Assembly: GCF_037042905.1 (NCBI RefSeq)
Contig: NC_087247.1
Span: 13,144,001 to 13,208,000, forward strand
Length of the DNA: 64,000 nt
Source: Lytechinus pictus
Lineage: Eukaryota
Reading direction: 5' to 3'
Every line of letters starts with the position of its first letter. The stretch's first letter is position 1. Position numbers and translations under genes: made by a program. Below, piece by piece: positions 13,801 through 26,074 of the stretch. The notes beneath the pieces were generated by a model. The model did no database searches. It was not told the origin of the DNA and saw nothing but the letters and a program-made list of their open reading frames with translations.

Positions 13801-16800
13801 GTGATATTACATGCATATTTCGATACGTAATGAAAACTTGGATTTAAATGGGTTAATGTTTCCATTTATAATCCTGTACCTGTTTCTCTCTCTATAGACC
13901 TACACATTTTATCCTCTATATATGCTGTATCAAGCAATTAAAACCCAGACTGAAAAAGGCCCGATAGATGAAGGAACAGGCGAGGCATACTATACACTAG
14001 AGTACAGCAAGTTGTTTGATCAGATCATTCAATTTCATTCTCTCGTAAGTACACGGTGTCCCTATTCTTTCCTGGAATTTATATTATATGCGTACAGGCA
14101 TCATGATAGATTTTTTTTTCAATTTCCTATGGCTACATTGTTAATGTCTTGACTGATATATCTAAATGTTTACTTCTATGATATGAAAAATGAAAGTCCC
14201 ACACTCCTGATCCTATACTCCCTCTCCCACTCCTACTTCCATGCCCCTACTCTCACTTCCATTCCCACTCCTCCCTTTCCCATTCCTACACTTCCCACTC
14301 CTATATTCCCACTCCTAATCCTCCATCTCCCACTTCTAATCCCACTCCTAACTATCCCACTTCCACTCCTTCACATCTATTTTTTGCTCCCACTTTCACT
14401 CCCATTTCTCACTCTCCCACTCCTACTCCCACTCACCGACTCCTGCTCCCACTGCTACTCTTCCCACTCCCACTGCTACTCCTTCACATCTACTTCTGCT
14501 CCCACTTTCTCTCCCATTCCTCACTCTCCCACTCCTGCTCCTACTCCCATTTCCACTCCTCCCACTTCCCTCCCACTCTTACTCCTCTTCTCCTATCCCC
14601 ACCCCATTCCTACTCCTCCCTCTCCTATTCCTACCCTTCCCCATCTCCTATTCCTACCCTTCTCCCTCTCCTATTCCCACCCTTCCCCCTCATATTCCTA
14701 CCCTTCTCCCTCTCCTATTCCTACCCTTCTCCCTCTCCTATTCCTACTTTCTCCCTCTCCTATTCCTACCTTTCTCCCTCTCCTATTCCTACCTTTCTCC
14801 CTCTCCTATTCCTACCCTTCTCCCTCTCCTATTCCTACCCTTCTCCCTCTCCTATTCCTACCCTTCTCCCTCTCCTATTCCTACCCTTCTCCCTCTCCTA
14901 TTCCTACCCTTCTCCCTCTCCTATTCCTACCCTTCTCCCTCTCCTATTCATACCCTTCTCCCTCTCCTATTCCTACCCTTCTCCCTCTCCTATTCCTACC
15001 CTTCTCCCTCTCCTATTCCTACCCTTCTCCCTCTCCTATTCCTACCTTTCTCTATCTCCTATTCCTACCCTTCTCCCTCTCCTATTCCTACCCTTCTCCC
15101 TCTCCTATTCCTACCCTTCTCCCTCTCCTATTCCTACCTTTCTCCCTCCTATTCCTACCCTTCTCCCTCTCCTATTCCTACCTTTCTCCCTCTCCTATTC
15201 CTACCCTTCTCCCTCTCCTATTCCTACCCTTCTCCCTCTCCTATTCCTACCCTTCTCCCTCTCCTATTCCTACCCTTCTCCCTCTCCTATTCCTACCTTT
15301 CTCCCTCTCCTATTCCTACCCTTCTCCCTCTCCTATTCCTACCCTTCTCCCTCTCCTATTCCTACCCTTCTCCCTCTCCTATTCCTACCCTTCCCTCTCC
15401 TATTCCTACCCTTCTCCCTCTCCTATTCCTACCCTTCTCCCTCTCCTATTCCTACCCTTCTCCCTCTCCTCCTTCAATTACCACTCTTCCACTCCTCCCT
15501 CTCCTCCCACTCCTACTCATCTCACTCCCACTTCACATAAGATAACCTACTCCCATTCCCAACCCCTACTTTACATTTTCTTGGGCCGTATTCTGAAGTC
15601 GGGTTTAACTTAGACCATGGTCTAACTTTGTGCTAAAATTATGGGGAGCCAAAATTTCAAAAATTCTGTTTATATTGTATATTTCTTATGTTTACTATTT
15701 TGTTTCCTTTTGCTTTCATAATGAATAAAAATACTTCATTAATCATTCCTAGACAATTATGAACAATTTGAGTGTCAAATTAGTTAATAAAGTGGATTTG
15801 TACTGTTAGGGATTTGTGCTTCAATTGGCTATCCATAGTTAAACCACAACTTAAAACCAGAATACGGGCCCCTTGTGTTTAAATCTGTTTTACTGTGATT
15901 TGAAAGGCCTTTGAGAACAGACTTGCACACAAGCCTACACTTACAACTTTAGATCAACAAGATACCTTATATTCACTGATCATGTAAATGACATGATGAT
16001 TGATGCACAAAAGAGAAATGCACCTGGCTTATTGCTTAATTTCTTAACATTCATTATCTCCTAATTCTACAATTTTTGTTGATTGAAGGCTCTAGATGTA
16101 GTAGATGAAGACGGCCATATCTATCTTCATGTTAGTGCCCTGGATGTCGACACTGTAAAGCAGGTCAAAAAGAAAGTCCTTGATTCTATGTGGAGGGAAG
16201 GGTACTGTCTGCTTCCCAGAGACGTGGATGCTGTAGACGTTGGTGAGATTATGAATTTAGAATCATAAAAAAAGAGTAGCGATACCTTGTTAATAATACG
16301 TATTAATAAATGATAATAATAATAAGGTCATATTTACCCTGGGTAGCCACTTCAGTTCTGAAAACCATTCTCCAAGCGGGTTTGCCACATTAATTTGCAT
16401 TGAAAAAAATAGGTGTTCTTTTTTATCTTTGAGATAATATGAAAAATCCTATTCGCACCGACATATGGAACCTGCGCTGGTCTATTAGTGCCTTTAATTC
16501 ATTGGCATATTGACATCTTTGTTACATCATTGATACTGGCATATTGGCTCCTCAACATCCTTTGACATTGGTCTAGTGTTTATCTATTCTGGTAATAATT
16601 GAAATAAGGATAATATTCAACATTTATATAGTGCTTAATCGGAACGACGTCTCTAATTAGCTTTACCCTGGTCATTGGATCCTGGCATGCCCACATGGCT
16701 TGTTATAAGATGCTGTGTACATGTAAGTAGCAACGTAACTTTTCGGTAAATTTGTATGGGCAGCCATAAGGGCCAAATTTAAGCAGCTGGGTAAAAGTGG

Positions 16801-19800
16801 AGTGTACAAGCTAGCCAGCTGGCCAATATCTCCTATATGGTTTCTTTCAAAGTACAAAGCTACAAATTATTTGTCTGAATTCAAGAGGACAGCACAATGA
16901 TTTTTCCAAATTACCCCCCCCCCTCCCAAAGATTACCAAATTCTGTAGAATTGAAACTACAAAGAAAATACATTTACAAGTGTGAACATATGTCAATACT
17001 GTCACACATTTATCGAATTTGTGATCGATCTTAATTTTGCAGTGTGGGTGCAAGGCAATGGACAGTCAGTACTGCTTCAGGAAACATCGGAGGGTCAAGG
17101 AAAAACCATTGCCAATACAATAACAAGCTATGGGGTAAGTCAAAGGGGGGTTATGTATAATTGACCAGTACAGACAACATGGGCTACATAAATATTTGTA
17201 TGTTCTGATGATAAAAGATGTAGAGTAAGTCCTAAATGTATTTATTATTCTGTAATTTTAAAGAAGAAAAAAAATATATCCATAGTTTATGGAAGAATGT
17301 AATGTTAGGTGGGTTAAACAAAATGGTAAACATTTTGATGTCAAAAGCTTAATTTCGTCACCAGATTTTTTGTTAATCCACCTAGTGCACACCTCAACAA
17401 TAAATTAATTTCCTAGATAAATTTGCATCATTCAAAATATTTCAGACCAAGAGTTCTGATGAGATGTCGGCTTTCAATGTGCTGTTTCTGATTGACTAAA
17501 TTTTGGCATGTATGGCTGCCTATACCCTCTCACATATTTTAATTGAACATTATTTAACAATTTTACACACCTTACATAGTTGATAACTCGCCTTACTCCC
17601 AAAAGATTCGAAATGGAGATTGTGTAGCACTGATACCAAAGCAGTATGGTCAAGCTAGCATGATTGACGAATATCAAACTCTTGATTTGAAGGAGGTTTC
17701 TTCAGACAAATGTAAGAATTTTTTTGTTTAATTCCCTTTAAAATACTAATATGTTCATTCATTTTTATACACCCGCCCGGCAACGGGTCGGGACGTATCA
17801 TGGTATCATGCTCGGTGTCTGTTCTTCTGTCTGTCCGTCCGTGCATTTACTTTTCCTTGTAAACTTCATATAATGTGGTCTGTATGATACGAGCATGGAT
17901 CCCATGAAGCCTATTGATTTTGAGGTCAAAAGGTCAAAGTCACAGTGACATGTTTTCATCTTACCCTTCTGAAGTCCTTGTTAACACGATAACTTCAGTT
18001 TAAAGATAAATTCCAGTTCCAGTATCAATAAAAATATTGAAATAATAACAAAGCTAACATTTGACTAGAGAATTAAGGAATAGGGGTATTTTTTTCTTCA
18101 AGTTTGATGGTGACAGTTAATTTCTTGCATTCTATACATTGCTCTTGAATAGTTTCTGTGGAGGTAATGTCGGCCATTGGATCTATGATTTAACGCTATA
18201 TTACATGTGAAATATGATGACATATTTTTCAAGTCTGTCATTTTTCATGTGGAAAGTAGTAATTATTTTAGTTTAATCCCTTTTAGATGAAAGTTTACTA
18301 CTCCCAACATCTGTGGATGTTCTTGGTGCACAACTCACACAAGAGGGTTCAAATGTCATTCATCTGAAGGTATAACTTCTTGAGTAATTTTTTTAACCAA
18401 AGAAACCGACTTTCAAGAAATTAATTTAACCAAACCTTATGAAACCAACTGATAATCAGTATTCAAAGTAAGAAATTGTTCAGATTTCTGCCTATACTAT
18501 TTTGATTCACAATGCTATGTCGTACTAGCTGCATTGCAGAATATTAAGTTTTCAGAATTAGGAATTGAGTTACCATTCCGTTGAAATGCATAAAATTTTT
18601 TAGAAAATTAACTATTCCTGTATGGAAAATTTGACGTTCACTGGTGCATAACAGATACAAACGTTTGCAAGAGAAATGAGTTAACAATGAGATAACATCT
18701 GTATTTTAGCATGCTGTGCAAGGTGCCTTCTAAACTAATGAATTAAGATCCTGGCATCATTTGATGAATCGATCATGAATCACGATCGATAAAATCACAA
18801 TCAATCGTGATTGTTGTGAATATGAGATAACAAAATACAATTGCTTTGTACAGGATCTTGAAGAACAAGCTAAGATGAAGGAGAGTGCTATGCCCCACCA
18901 TATCCAACAGAAGCGGGAGAACTTGGATCGAAATCTTGCAATTCCTCATATGCTGACAATGAAAGTGGGTGCTACCTTACCAATACTATTTCTTTTTCAT
19001 ATGATAAGGAAAGGACTTGCCCAAGAAAGATACATGGTGTACTGTGAAACCTACTACACTATTCTTCTTTGCCATGGAAACCTTCAGAAGTTACATAGTA
19101 TTCACAAACAATTATGAAAATGAAGTTATAGTTGAAATGCTCTTTCTTTATCCACCCATCAATGAATGGCAAGCAGGGAAACATGTCAATTTACATTTTC
19201 ACCACCTTCTTCTTTGTTATTATTAAGTTAGCAAAGTAATTTCAAATCAGAAGTATATATTTGTAAAAATTATGAGCTTAAAATATGGCCCATATTCTGA
19301 ACTTAGGGTTTAATTTAATCTCTGGTCTTAAAGTTGTGGTTCAACTCTGGATAGCCAATTGTTATGTGATTCAATTTATCTGCTCATTCCGCACTTGGAT
19401 CATTCATAAGTGATTAGGAATGATAACTAAAGTAGTTTTCTTCAGTACTTAAGTATGAGGAAAGAGCAAATTAAACATAAGAGAGATACAATTTAAACAA
19501 ACTTTTACATTTTTGGCTTTCCATAATTTGGTTAGAGAGTTATATGTAGACCAAAAAATGACATGTATCTGCCATTCAGACATATTTTACCCACATTTCA
19601 TGGTACATGATATCATACACTCAATTGATTGTCTGTAGGCTGCTATTAGCCCGTGTGTGGACGGTGTCTTTGAGGTAATGTTCAAGAAGCCAGACATCGT
19701 ACCACTACCAATCAAACACCTCTTTGACACATTCGATGATCTCGCTGTGAAATACACAGAAGGGGTCCATCCTGAAGTCAAGTCGGAAAAATGGAAGAAA

Positions 19801-21811
19801 AATTGGTGAGCAGATATTCACGCAAATCCTCTGAACAAGATTCCAGTGCCTAACTATCATTATATTCTGTTGAGTCACATTTTACATACATGTAGTCCTA
19901 ATGAATACACTGTGGACATTCAGACAGAGAGGTATCCGCAGTGTGGCATTGTCTCCATACTGTTACCCATTGCATTCAGTACCTATTTAAAACTAAGATT
20001 GAAGGATAAGGTATCTTATCTTTAAGAATGAAATATTGCACTACATTGTATTATTTCCAAAATTCCAGGGCGGGGGGGGACAATTATGAATGCTCTGTAG
20101 CATTCCGAGTAACATTATTGTAACTCTTTAGCGAACAGTAGATTTACGATCAATGTAAATTGCATGATAGATTCATTGGACTGTATCTTTATGCTTTAGG
20201 GTGCGGAACTAAAGTCCTTTGATGTTCTTTCTTTTTCTTTTATAGTTTGTCCAATTTTTGGTGTTCAGTGCTGACCAATCTGCCATCTTTGTTTGAGATG
20301 CCGAGATCAGAGACAGCTGATAGATGCGTTGACATTCTTGCTGATGCTCTTGGTCATGTGACCAAGAGCATGTCCCTACAGACACAGGTGAAAATTTATT
20401 TATTGAAGGATGATCCAAATCAACCGGGGGCCGGGGGGGTTCACCTCATGAACATGGCATTTATTTTCTTGGCAAGCCCCTCTGTTCTATTGTTCTATTT
20501 CATTTACCGGTACTTCATTAGTCAAAGTCACTTTAGTTAACCTTGGTTCCAATTTGAATTTGATTATTTCTTTTATTCTTTTATTGATAAATATCGTTAT
20601 GATTGTCTTTATACTTTGTGACATTTGCTGTAGTTCTTTTGACTGTATTCTGTTGTACTTTGTGAACAGAAAATGAATATGAGATATCTAACCTCAAATC
20701 CTATCATGTAAAGTATATGTTAGCTATTTGTGTTGTCAGCAAGGAAATAAACTGTTCGTCAGGAAGTGTTTACTGTTGTAACAATATTCATTTGAGAGGT
20801 GTGCACTGTATGACTAATGCGAACATTTCCCTAGTTCCCTCTCTCTTTGTTTTGTGTTGAGTGGTCTCTGTTTATGTTGCATATTACCCCAAATTTCGAA
20901 TGATTACATGGAATAGAAGCTGATCATCATTTCTTTATTTTCATTTGAATCTAGGAGGAACCTGACCAGCTGCCTTACTACAAAGAATATCCCTTATACA
21001 GACAAATGTTGACCAGCTTCTGTAATGAAATCGCTAATCAGCCAAGGGCTAGTCCAGGAAAAGTCAATAAAGCTTGCTCCAACGTCTCAAAGGTATGCAC
21101 AACAATTCGCCTCCGACTGCATGTTTAGTTTGCATTTTTCCATTTGATCATTAAGGTATCTAGTTTTTGTTTTGATATTATCTATTTTATCTGATCTTTT
21201 TAGTATCTATTTCATTTAAGATTTAAGTGTCCATCTGTTATATGATAAGCCTAGGCCCACCTTGTTACCCAAGAACAGATATCCTAGGGCAGTATTCTGA
21301 ACATCGGTATTCTGGTGGATGTCATAAACTTTTTTCATAAAAAATGTCATAAATTTTGTCTCTTCTCCATAGCATGCACAAAAATGAGCGCGGCCATGAA
21401 CGCACACAATCTCATTATTAGCAAGAGATAAGATTTATGACAGGGTCTAGCAGTAAAAAATGTTGTTGTTTCTTTTAATACCATAATATCCCGATACTAT
21501 TATGTCAACTGTGTGTCAAGCACAAACTGATATTATTTGGATTAGATTTTTTTTTAGAAGTCTCACTCATTATTCTTGATTATTAAAAAAAGAATATTTT
21601 TTCATACCTCAAGTAGTTGGGTCTACATGCTTATTCCAGGTTTTTTTATTCTCTGTTTTTCCTTCTTTCTCTCTTTTGAAAATCTTTCACAATTCCAGTT
21701 TGCTTTTTTTTCATTCTTCTGCAGGAATTCAAAGGACAGTTCAGTAATCTTTCTAATATGATGCACCTTTACAACTGCACCAAGAGTGATGTGGAAAACC
21801 TTTTAAAGTAG
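335..21811 (+). CDS. Plexin-like receptor (5'-partial; IPT repeats, TM, split GAP domain with Rho-binding domain insert), 23 coding exons in window
   Basis: Phase-consistent GT-AG exons: 335-489, 1404-1518, 2803-2936, 4951-5127, 6076-6175, 6664-6900, 7410-7598, 8190-8418, 9001-9140, 10809-10930, 11643-11708, 12073-12150, 12765-12831, 13898-14044, 16089-16242, 17043-17134, 17606-17711, 18287-18369, 18854-18964, 19639-19805, 20246-20387, 20955-21092, 21725-21811 (3036 nt, open, TAG at 21809-21811). Plexin hallmarks: IPT starts FNPMSGPIGGRTRLEVIG and FYPIEGPVAGGTEVTIIG; TM AAIISIAVVGIIVTITLMVIVLIW followed by RKK; PLYMLYQAIKTQTEKGPIDEGTGEAYYTL; RBD LDVDTVKQVKKKVLD; VPLPIKHLFDTFDD...WKKN. The Sema domain lies upstream of the window and the last exon is less certain. 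Confidence 0.9.
540..735 (+). mobile_element. tRNA-derived SINE (intronic)
   Basis: Head GGGCGTTGTGGCCCAGTGGATTAG (A box)...GGTTCAAATCCC (B box), then a non-tRNA body. Confidence 0.7.
1553..1666 (+). pseudogene. Degenerate tandem duplicate (pseudo-exon) of plexin exon 1404-1518
   Basis: ttgcatggcaagtatatcaactgaagtataatcagcaccaattg...ttcaatatagggttagtt aligns to ttgcatgacaagtatatctactgaagtattatcagaacccattg...ttcagtacagggtaagtt; TTA>TAA stop and no acceptor. Confidence 0.8.
1730..1980. mobile_element. About 250-bp MITE-like element (second copy inverted at about 52914-53171)
   Basis: Imperfect terminal inverted repeats cactctaaaaaatattaggtaaaa / ttttaccaaatatttttacag; clear reverse-complement similarity to 52914-53171. 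Confidence 0.65.
3499..4700 (-). mobile_element. 5'-truncated CR1-group (CR1/L2/Crack-like) LINE: RT C-terminal half, 3' UTR and (ATTGA)n tail
   Basis: ORF 3806-4891 contains YINDL, LFGDDT (RT catalytic motif variant), WLQCNKLSLNLEKTK, FLGIKI...LSWKPHI and LYNTLVLPHLTYC; (ttcaa)n at about 3499-3515. The N-terminal part of the listed ORF is (GA)n read-through. Confidence 0.88.
5335..5800 (-). mobile_element. Short LINE 3'-end remnant
   Basis: Residual ORF end SLESRR...KTKRFQNSTLPSLTRLLN typical of CR1-group ORF2 termini; (ttcaa)n tail at about 5335-5352. Confidence 0.65.
6664..6900 (+). CDS. Plexin exon carrying an RKRR furin-type cleavage site in the IPT region
   Basis: Translates LCNGTATILICPTPSFPDNDSSSTRKRRAPDSM...; ag acceptor at 6662-6663, gtgagt donor at 6901. 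Confidence 0.85.
8190..8418 (+). CDS. Plexin transmembrane exon
   Basis: Hydrophobic run of about 24 aa followed by LRKKQR; canonical splice sites, in phase with neighbouring exons. Confidence 0.88.
9359..9918. mobile_element. 560-bp non-autonomous DNA transposon with about 46-bp TIRs and an 8-bp TSD
   Basis: TIR CCCGGGGGGGCCACTT(A/C)CATTGACGAGTGGATACCATGCGCGACCA at both ends; perfect TGTGTTAT duplication at 9351-9358 and 9919-9926. Confidence 0.9.
9965..10600. repeat. Compound tetranucleotide repeat (GAGT/GGGT/GGGA/GGTT)
   Basis: Direct inspection; source of the spurious THSP/HPPS ORFs. Confidence 0.9.
14200..15540. repeat. Pyrimidine-rich minisatellite with a 23-bp core unit TATTCCTACCCTTCTCCCTCTCC (core about 14620-15470)
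   Basis: About 35 near-identical tandem units with degenerate CT-rich flanks. Confidence 0.92.
15583..15870. mobile_element. MITE (related inverted copy at about 19287-19550)
   Basis: Ends GGCCGTATTCTG / CAGAATACGGGCC; internal similarity to the 19.3-kb copy. Confidence 0.6.
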
Positions 21812-23506
21812 ATCCTTCGGGTGAATTGCTGATTAGTATACACCCGCTTTGTCTACTTTCCGTTCCATCTCATTGCACGTATACTAATTCATGTGAAACC
21901 AGTTAGTCTACTTTGGTTTAATTGCCAATTGACCAATTTACATTTTTGTCTCATTAGGCTATATACCCATTTTTCTGACCATTGATGAAACAACTTTTAA
22001 TTTGACAAAGGAAATCAGAATAGGATCAATATCGGACTAAATTATAATACAGTGAGTTTTTAGAACAAATGGAAATTAGACCAAATTGTTAGAGACCAAA
22101 TGGGATTAGACCAGGGTAGGAAATAATTTTCCTTTTTTAGGGGCTATCTTTTTCTCGACATCGGGGTGATGACAGAATTTCGGGGGCTATTTATTTCATT
22201 TTAAGGGCCGCTTTTTAGGGGCAACAAGCAATTATGCAGTATGCAAATAGCATTCTGCCACAATCTTGAATATTGTTTGTGACCGATCTTGGGGTGACTC
22301 TAAAAAGAATGGTCGCCCCAAAGCATGTTTTTTTTTTGGGGGGGGAATATTAGGGGCTGTTTGGGCTCTCAGGAGGGCGATATCGCCCGTCGCCCTCATG
22401 TATTTTCTACTCTGGATTAGACTGTGTGAAGAGGAGAGCAACTGCTTGTAGGCCAAGTGAATGTTAACTGATCCATGGAATGCCAGATGGGAGCAGCATG
22501 CAAATCCTCTGGAGAAGAATACAGAAGCCCTGAATTAGGCCAAGAAAATTTGATTGTCGGTACAAACATGCATTATCGATCTCTGGAGATCACACTGATG
22601 TTGGAGAATTCTACATAACAATGCCCAGTAGGCTATCAACATTTGTAAGTGTATTGGGGCAACTTTAGATCATGGACCTACTAGTAGGTCCATGTTTAGA
22701 TTAATTATAAAATTTCTTTCTAAATAATGATTTTAGAGAATTTTGTAAAAGTGCTGGGACCTGATTAAGGCCAGCAGCCATTTGGTTGACTATTGGCCAG
22801 CCCTTGTGCAAAACAGGAAAACTTTCCTTCTGATTCATGATATTAATGTTTATATAACTATAAAATGAAAGGGTAATTCAAACATTTATGGCTGATACTT
22901 TCAGGATTTTTCTGGCTTCTATTTTCTAGATTTATCTGAATTTTCCCTTTTTGGTTAAATAAATAGACAAAGTTGTTTTAACCTACTTTTACCCATTACC
23001 TGAGATGGTGATAATGTATATATTATTTCTCTGTGTTTGAAAAATGATACAAGGTATACTCATATTGCATAATCATTGTAAATGTAATTGATTATAAAAG
23101 TAGAATTTAGTGTCGTAGTGAAAGATTTTGGTGGAGTATTTTTATTTACATATATATATAAATATATCCTTGGTGAAAGTCTGGTTGTAACAATTATGTT
23201 GATTTCTTTGTAAAACTGTTTGTCTCATCTTGAATCCATTTCAAATTCTTGATACGCAGGATTCGGATTGTGATATTGACAGCCAGTATGAAAGATAACC
23301 CATGAAATTGTCCACCTCAAGAAGTATGGCATTGAAACGTGTTTGCCTGTAATGGTGATATTATTTTTTCGCAAAAAATTGCATTATTCGGAAATTACTT
23401 TAAAATCTAAGACTTGCATAAGACCCAATGGTAGGTCACAGGTTTTAGTAATTACCTTCAATTGATAGTTTCTTATATATTGCAACTCATCAAGCTTGAT
23501 CAAGCT

Positions 23507-23688
23507 GGGGGCCGTTTCATAAAGCTGTTCGTAAGTTAAGAGCGACTTTAAGAATGACTGGTGATCATTGCTTGTGTTAAATGGTGTACACCATATGTTC
23601 TTTGGCGATGGTTAAGCGCGTAAGAATGGAACACCAGTCGTTCTTAAAGACGCTCTTAACTTACGAACAGTTTTATGAAACGGACCCC
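23507..23688. mobile_element. Palindromic MITE with about 55-bp TIRs
   Basis: ggggccgtttcataaagctgttcgtaagttaagagcgactttaagaatgactggtg / caccagtcgttcttaaagacgctcttaacttacgaacagttttatgaaacggacccc. Confidence 0.8.
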
Positions 23689-26074
23689 ACTTAGTATAGT
23701 GGTCAGTATATGTATCAGGTTCTGTGGGATTGCAATATTTATGAAGTGTTCTCTCCCATGTTTCATTTGAACTAATGCAAAGCACTATCTGGCAAAGTGT
23801 GTTACATTAAAAATAAGGGTTTCTATGAAGATGGTAATGATTACAGAAATAAAAATATTATAATTTTGATGATGCTATAAATATTAGTGAAGAAATATGA
23901 GGGTGATGATAGTAAAATAAATGGTAATAATAATATTCATAGTAATAAAGCTGGTAATCTTATTACCTGCATTTAACATTTTTTTAGTGTTATCATTGTT
24001 GTTTTCCTTTTATTTCATAAGCATCATCTGCTCGCATTACTATCATGAATGCCCGCCCCCTATTATATTAACTCAATTATGCCTTCACCATCACAAAGAA
24101 ATAAGATAGACAACATATTAGATCTAGACTTTATTTTCTTTTTGTATGTTAGCATATCAGTAATGAAAATATACAAATGAATGAATAATAACAAACATCC
24201 AAATTCGATGTTAAATGTCATTGAAACAAAATATTATAGCTCATAACAATCAAGTGTGTGAAATATATGATTTATGGAAATCAATGTATGACATAAAGTA
24301 AAGGAGGAATAACACTTGTGTGCCTTTCACAAACTGGTATAATATAACATATTTTTTACAAATCCTTTCAATTCCATTATTGATATTCCTAACATGATAA
24401 ATGACTGTCACAGTATGGCCAGGAAATGAAAATGCAATATAAACAGTAAACAATAATAATCAGTAAATGGATATTACATGTGTACTTTTATTCAGGGGTG
24501 TGAGAGTTCAGATTTGTAGCTGATTTCAGATTTTTTTGTTTTGATTTTCAGCTTAATTTCAGCTTATTTTTGGCTTTCCTCTGTACAAAGATATGAGAGC
24601 TCTTTCTATTTTAGACTTTTTCAACACTCGATCTTCAGCACTTTTCATATCTTTTTATTTGTGACCACTTACACCCCTGATTTACTACAAATATAGTGAA
24701 AAATAACTTTGTAATATCCTTTGCCACTTACTTGAAATATGAAAAAGGGATACTGAATTTGAAATAGCTTAAGCACACAGTTAATATCTTACCATAGGAC
24801 CATGTTTATGCATTATAATATAAACTTGATACATGTACCTTTTCCACAAAAAAATAAAACAATATATTATGAATTAGGGGTCAAGATTTATTATGTTAAT
24901 GAGATCTTTATTGAAAACTAAGGGATGCTTGGGAGCATATGTTGAATATCCCTCCTCTTTCTCTCGTCTCTTTTGGCTAAATATTGTAAAGTATATATCT
25001 CAAATATAGATAAATATTGCATTATGGGTAAGGATTTATCCAGGAAACCTGTGTTGCACTCTGGGTAAGGATCTGGGCCCCCTGTTATGGCCCGCTGGCT
25101 GATGGACACAAAACATATTCATAACGGATACAGTGGACAAGCAAAATTTAGGGTGGCTCAATCTGTTTTCATCTGCTCCAGACAATGGACAAAATGGGCG
25201 AACAATGAAATATACAGTGGACGGATGCTCGATGGATATAGAGCGTATGAAACATGTATGCAAAGAGTACAAAATAGATAATGTTTTCCAATGGATGGCA
25301 AGATTCTTTTCCGTTTTACATCCTCTCTGCATCAACAAGTGCAGTGGGACCAAGCCTTTAGTAGTATGGGTGTTGAGCTGATACTGATTAAAGTGTCTGT
25401 GTTGGTGTACAGTCCTGTCTTTAAGTGTAACCCTACACATAAAAAAAACTAGTGTTCACCAGTGTACATAGTTTGGACACTCGAGTTTTTACACTAAATT
25501 TATTCATCTCACTGCAGGAACAGACCACAGTATTACTATGATCACAATAATTCCCTCTGGAGTATTTTTTTTTCAAAAGTATAAAGATTACTCAAAAGTC
25601 AAAATATAATTACTTTGTTAAGTTCAACATCAATATCATACAAATATGAAAATAACAAATTAATCTAAATATATTTGTTTGTTATTAAAAATGAAAACGG
25701 TTCCCTAAAAATATTCATCACTCGCTTTTATACTTGTGTATTGTAATATCTCTTAACACACTGCATAAACGTGGCTAGTCACTTTGAATATTCAACGTGA
25801 TAAAGAAAATAGTCTGCCAAGTTCACCATCAAAATCATACAAATATGATATCAAAATTACATTTTGAAATTAAATGCATTAAAAAAAAGAAGAGTTCCCA
25901 GCAAATGTTCATCATTAGCTATTATACTTGTGTATTGAACAATCTCATTCTGAATAAGGTGGCCAGCTACTTTGAATGTTCAAAATAAAACAAAAACTCC
26001 CAAAATCCACATTAATTTGGCATCTCTTTGCTTTCCAATAATTCATAAGTTAACTTGGACTTAGATTATAATTC

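Noticed and set aside
14183-15613. 476-aa ORF rich in P/S/L
   Set aside because: Read-through of a 23-bp pyrimidine minisatellite inside a plexin intron; lack of G prevents most stop codons
25036-25440. Overlapping short ORFs in a slightly GC-richer patch between the convergent genes
   Set aside because: No recognisable motif or consistent splice sites; probably a decayed repeat or UTR
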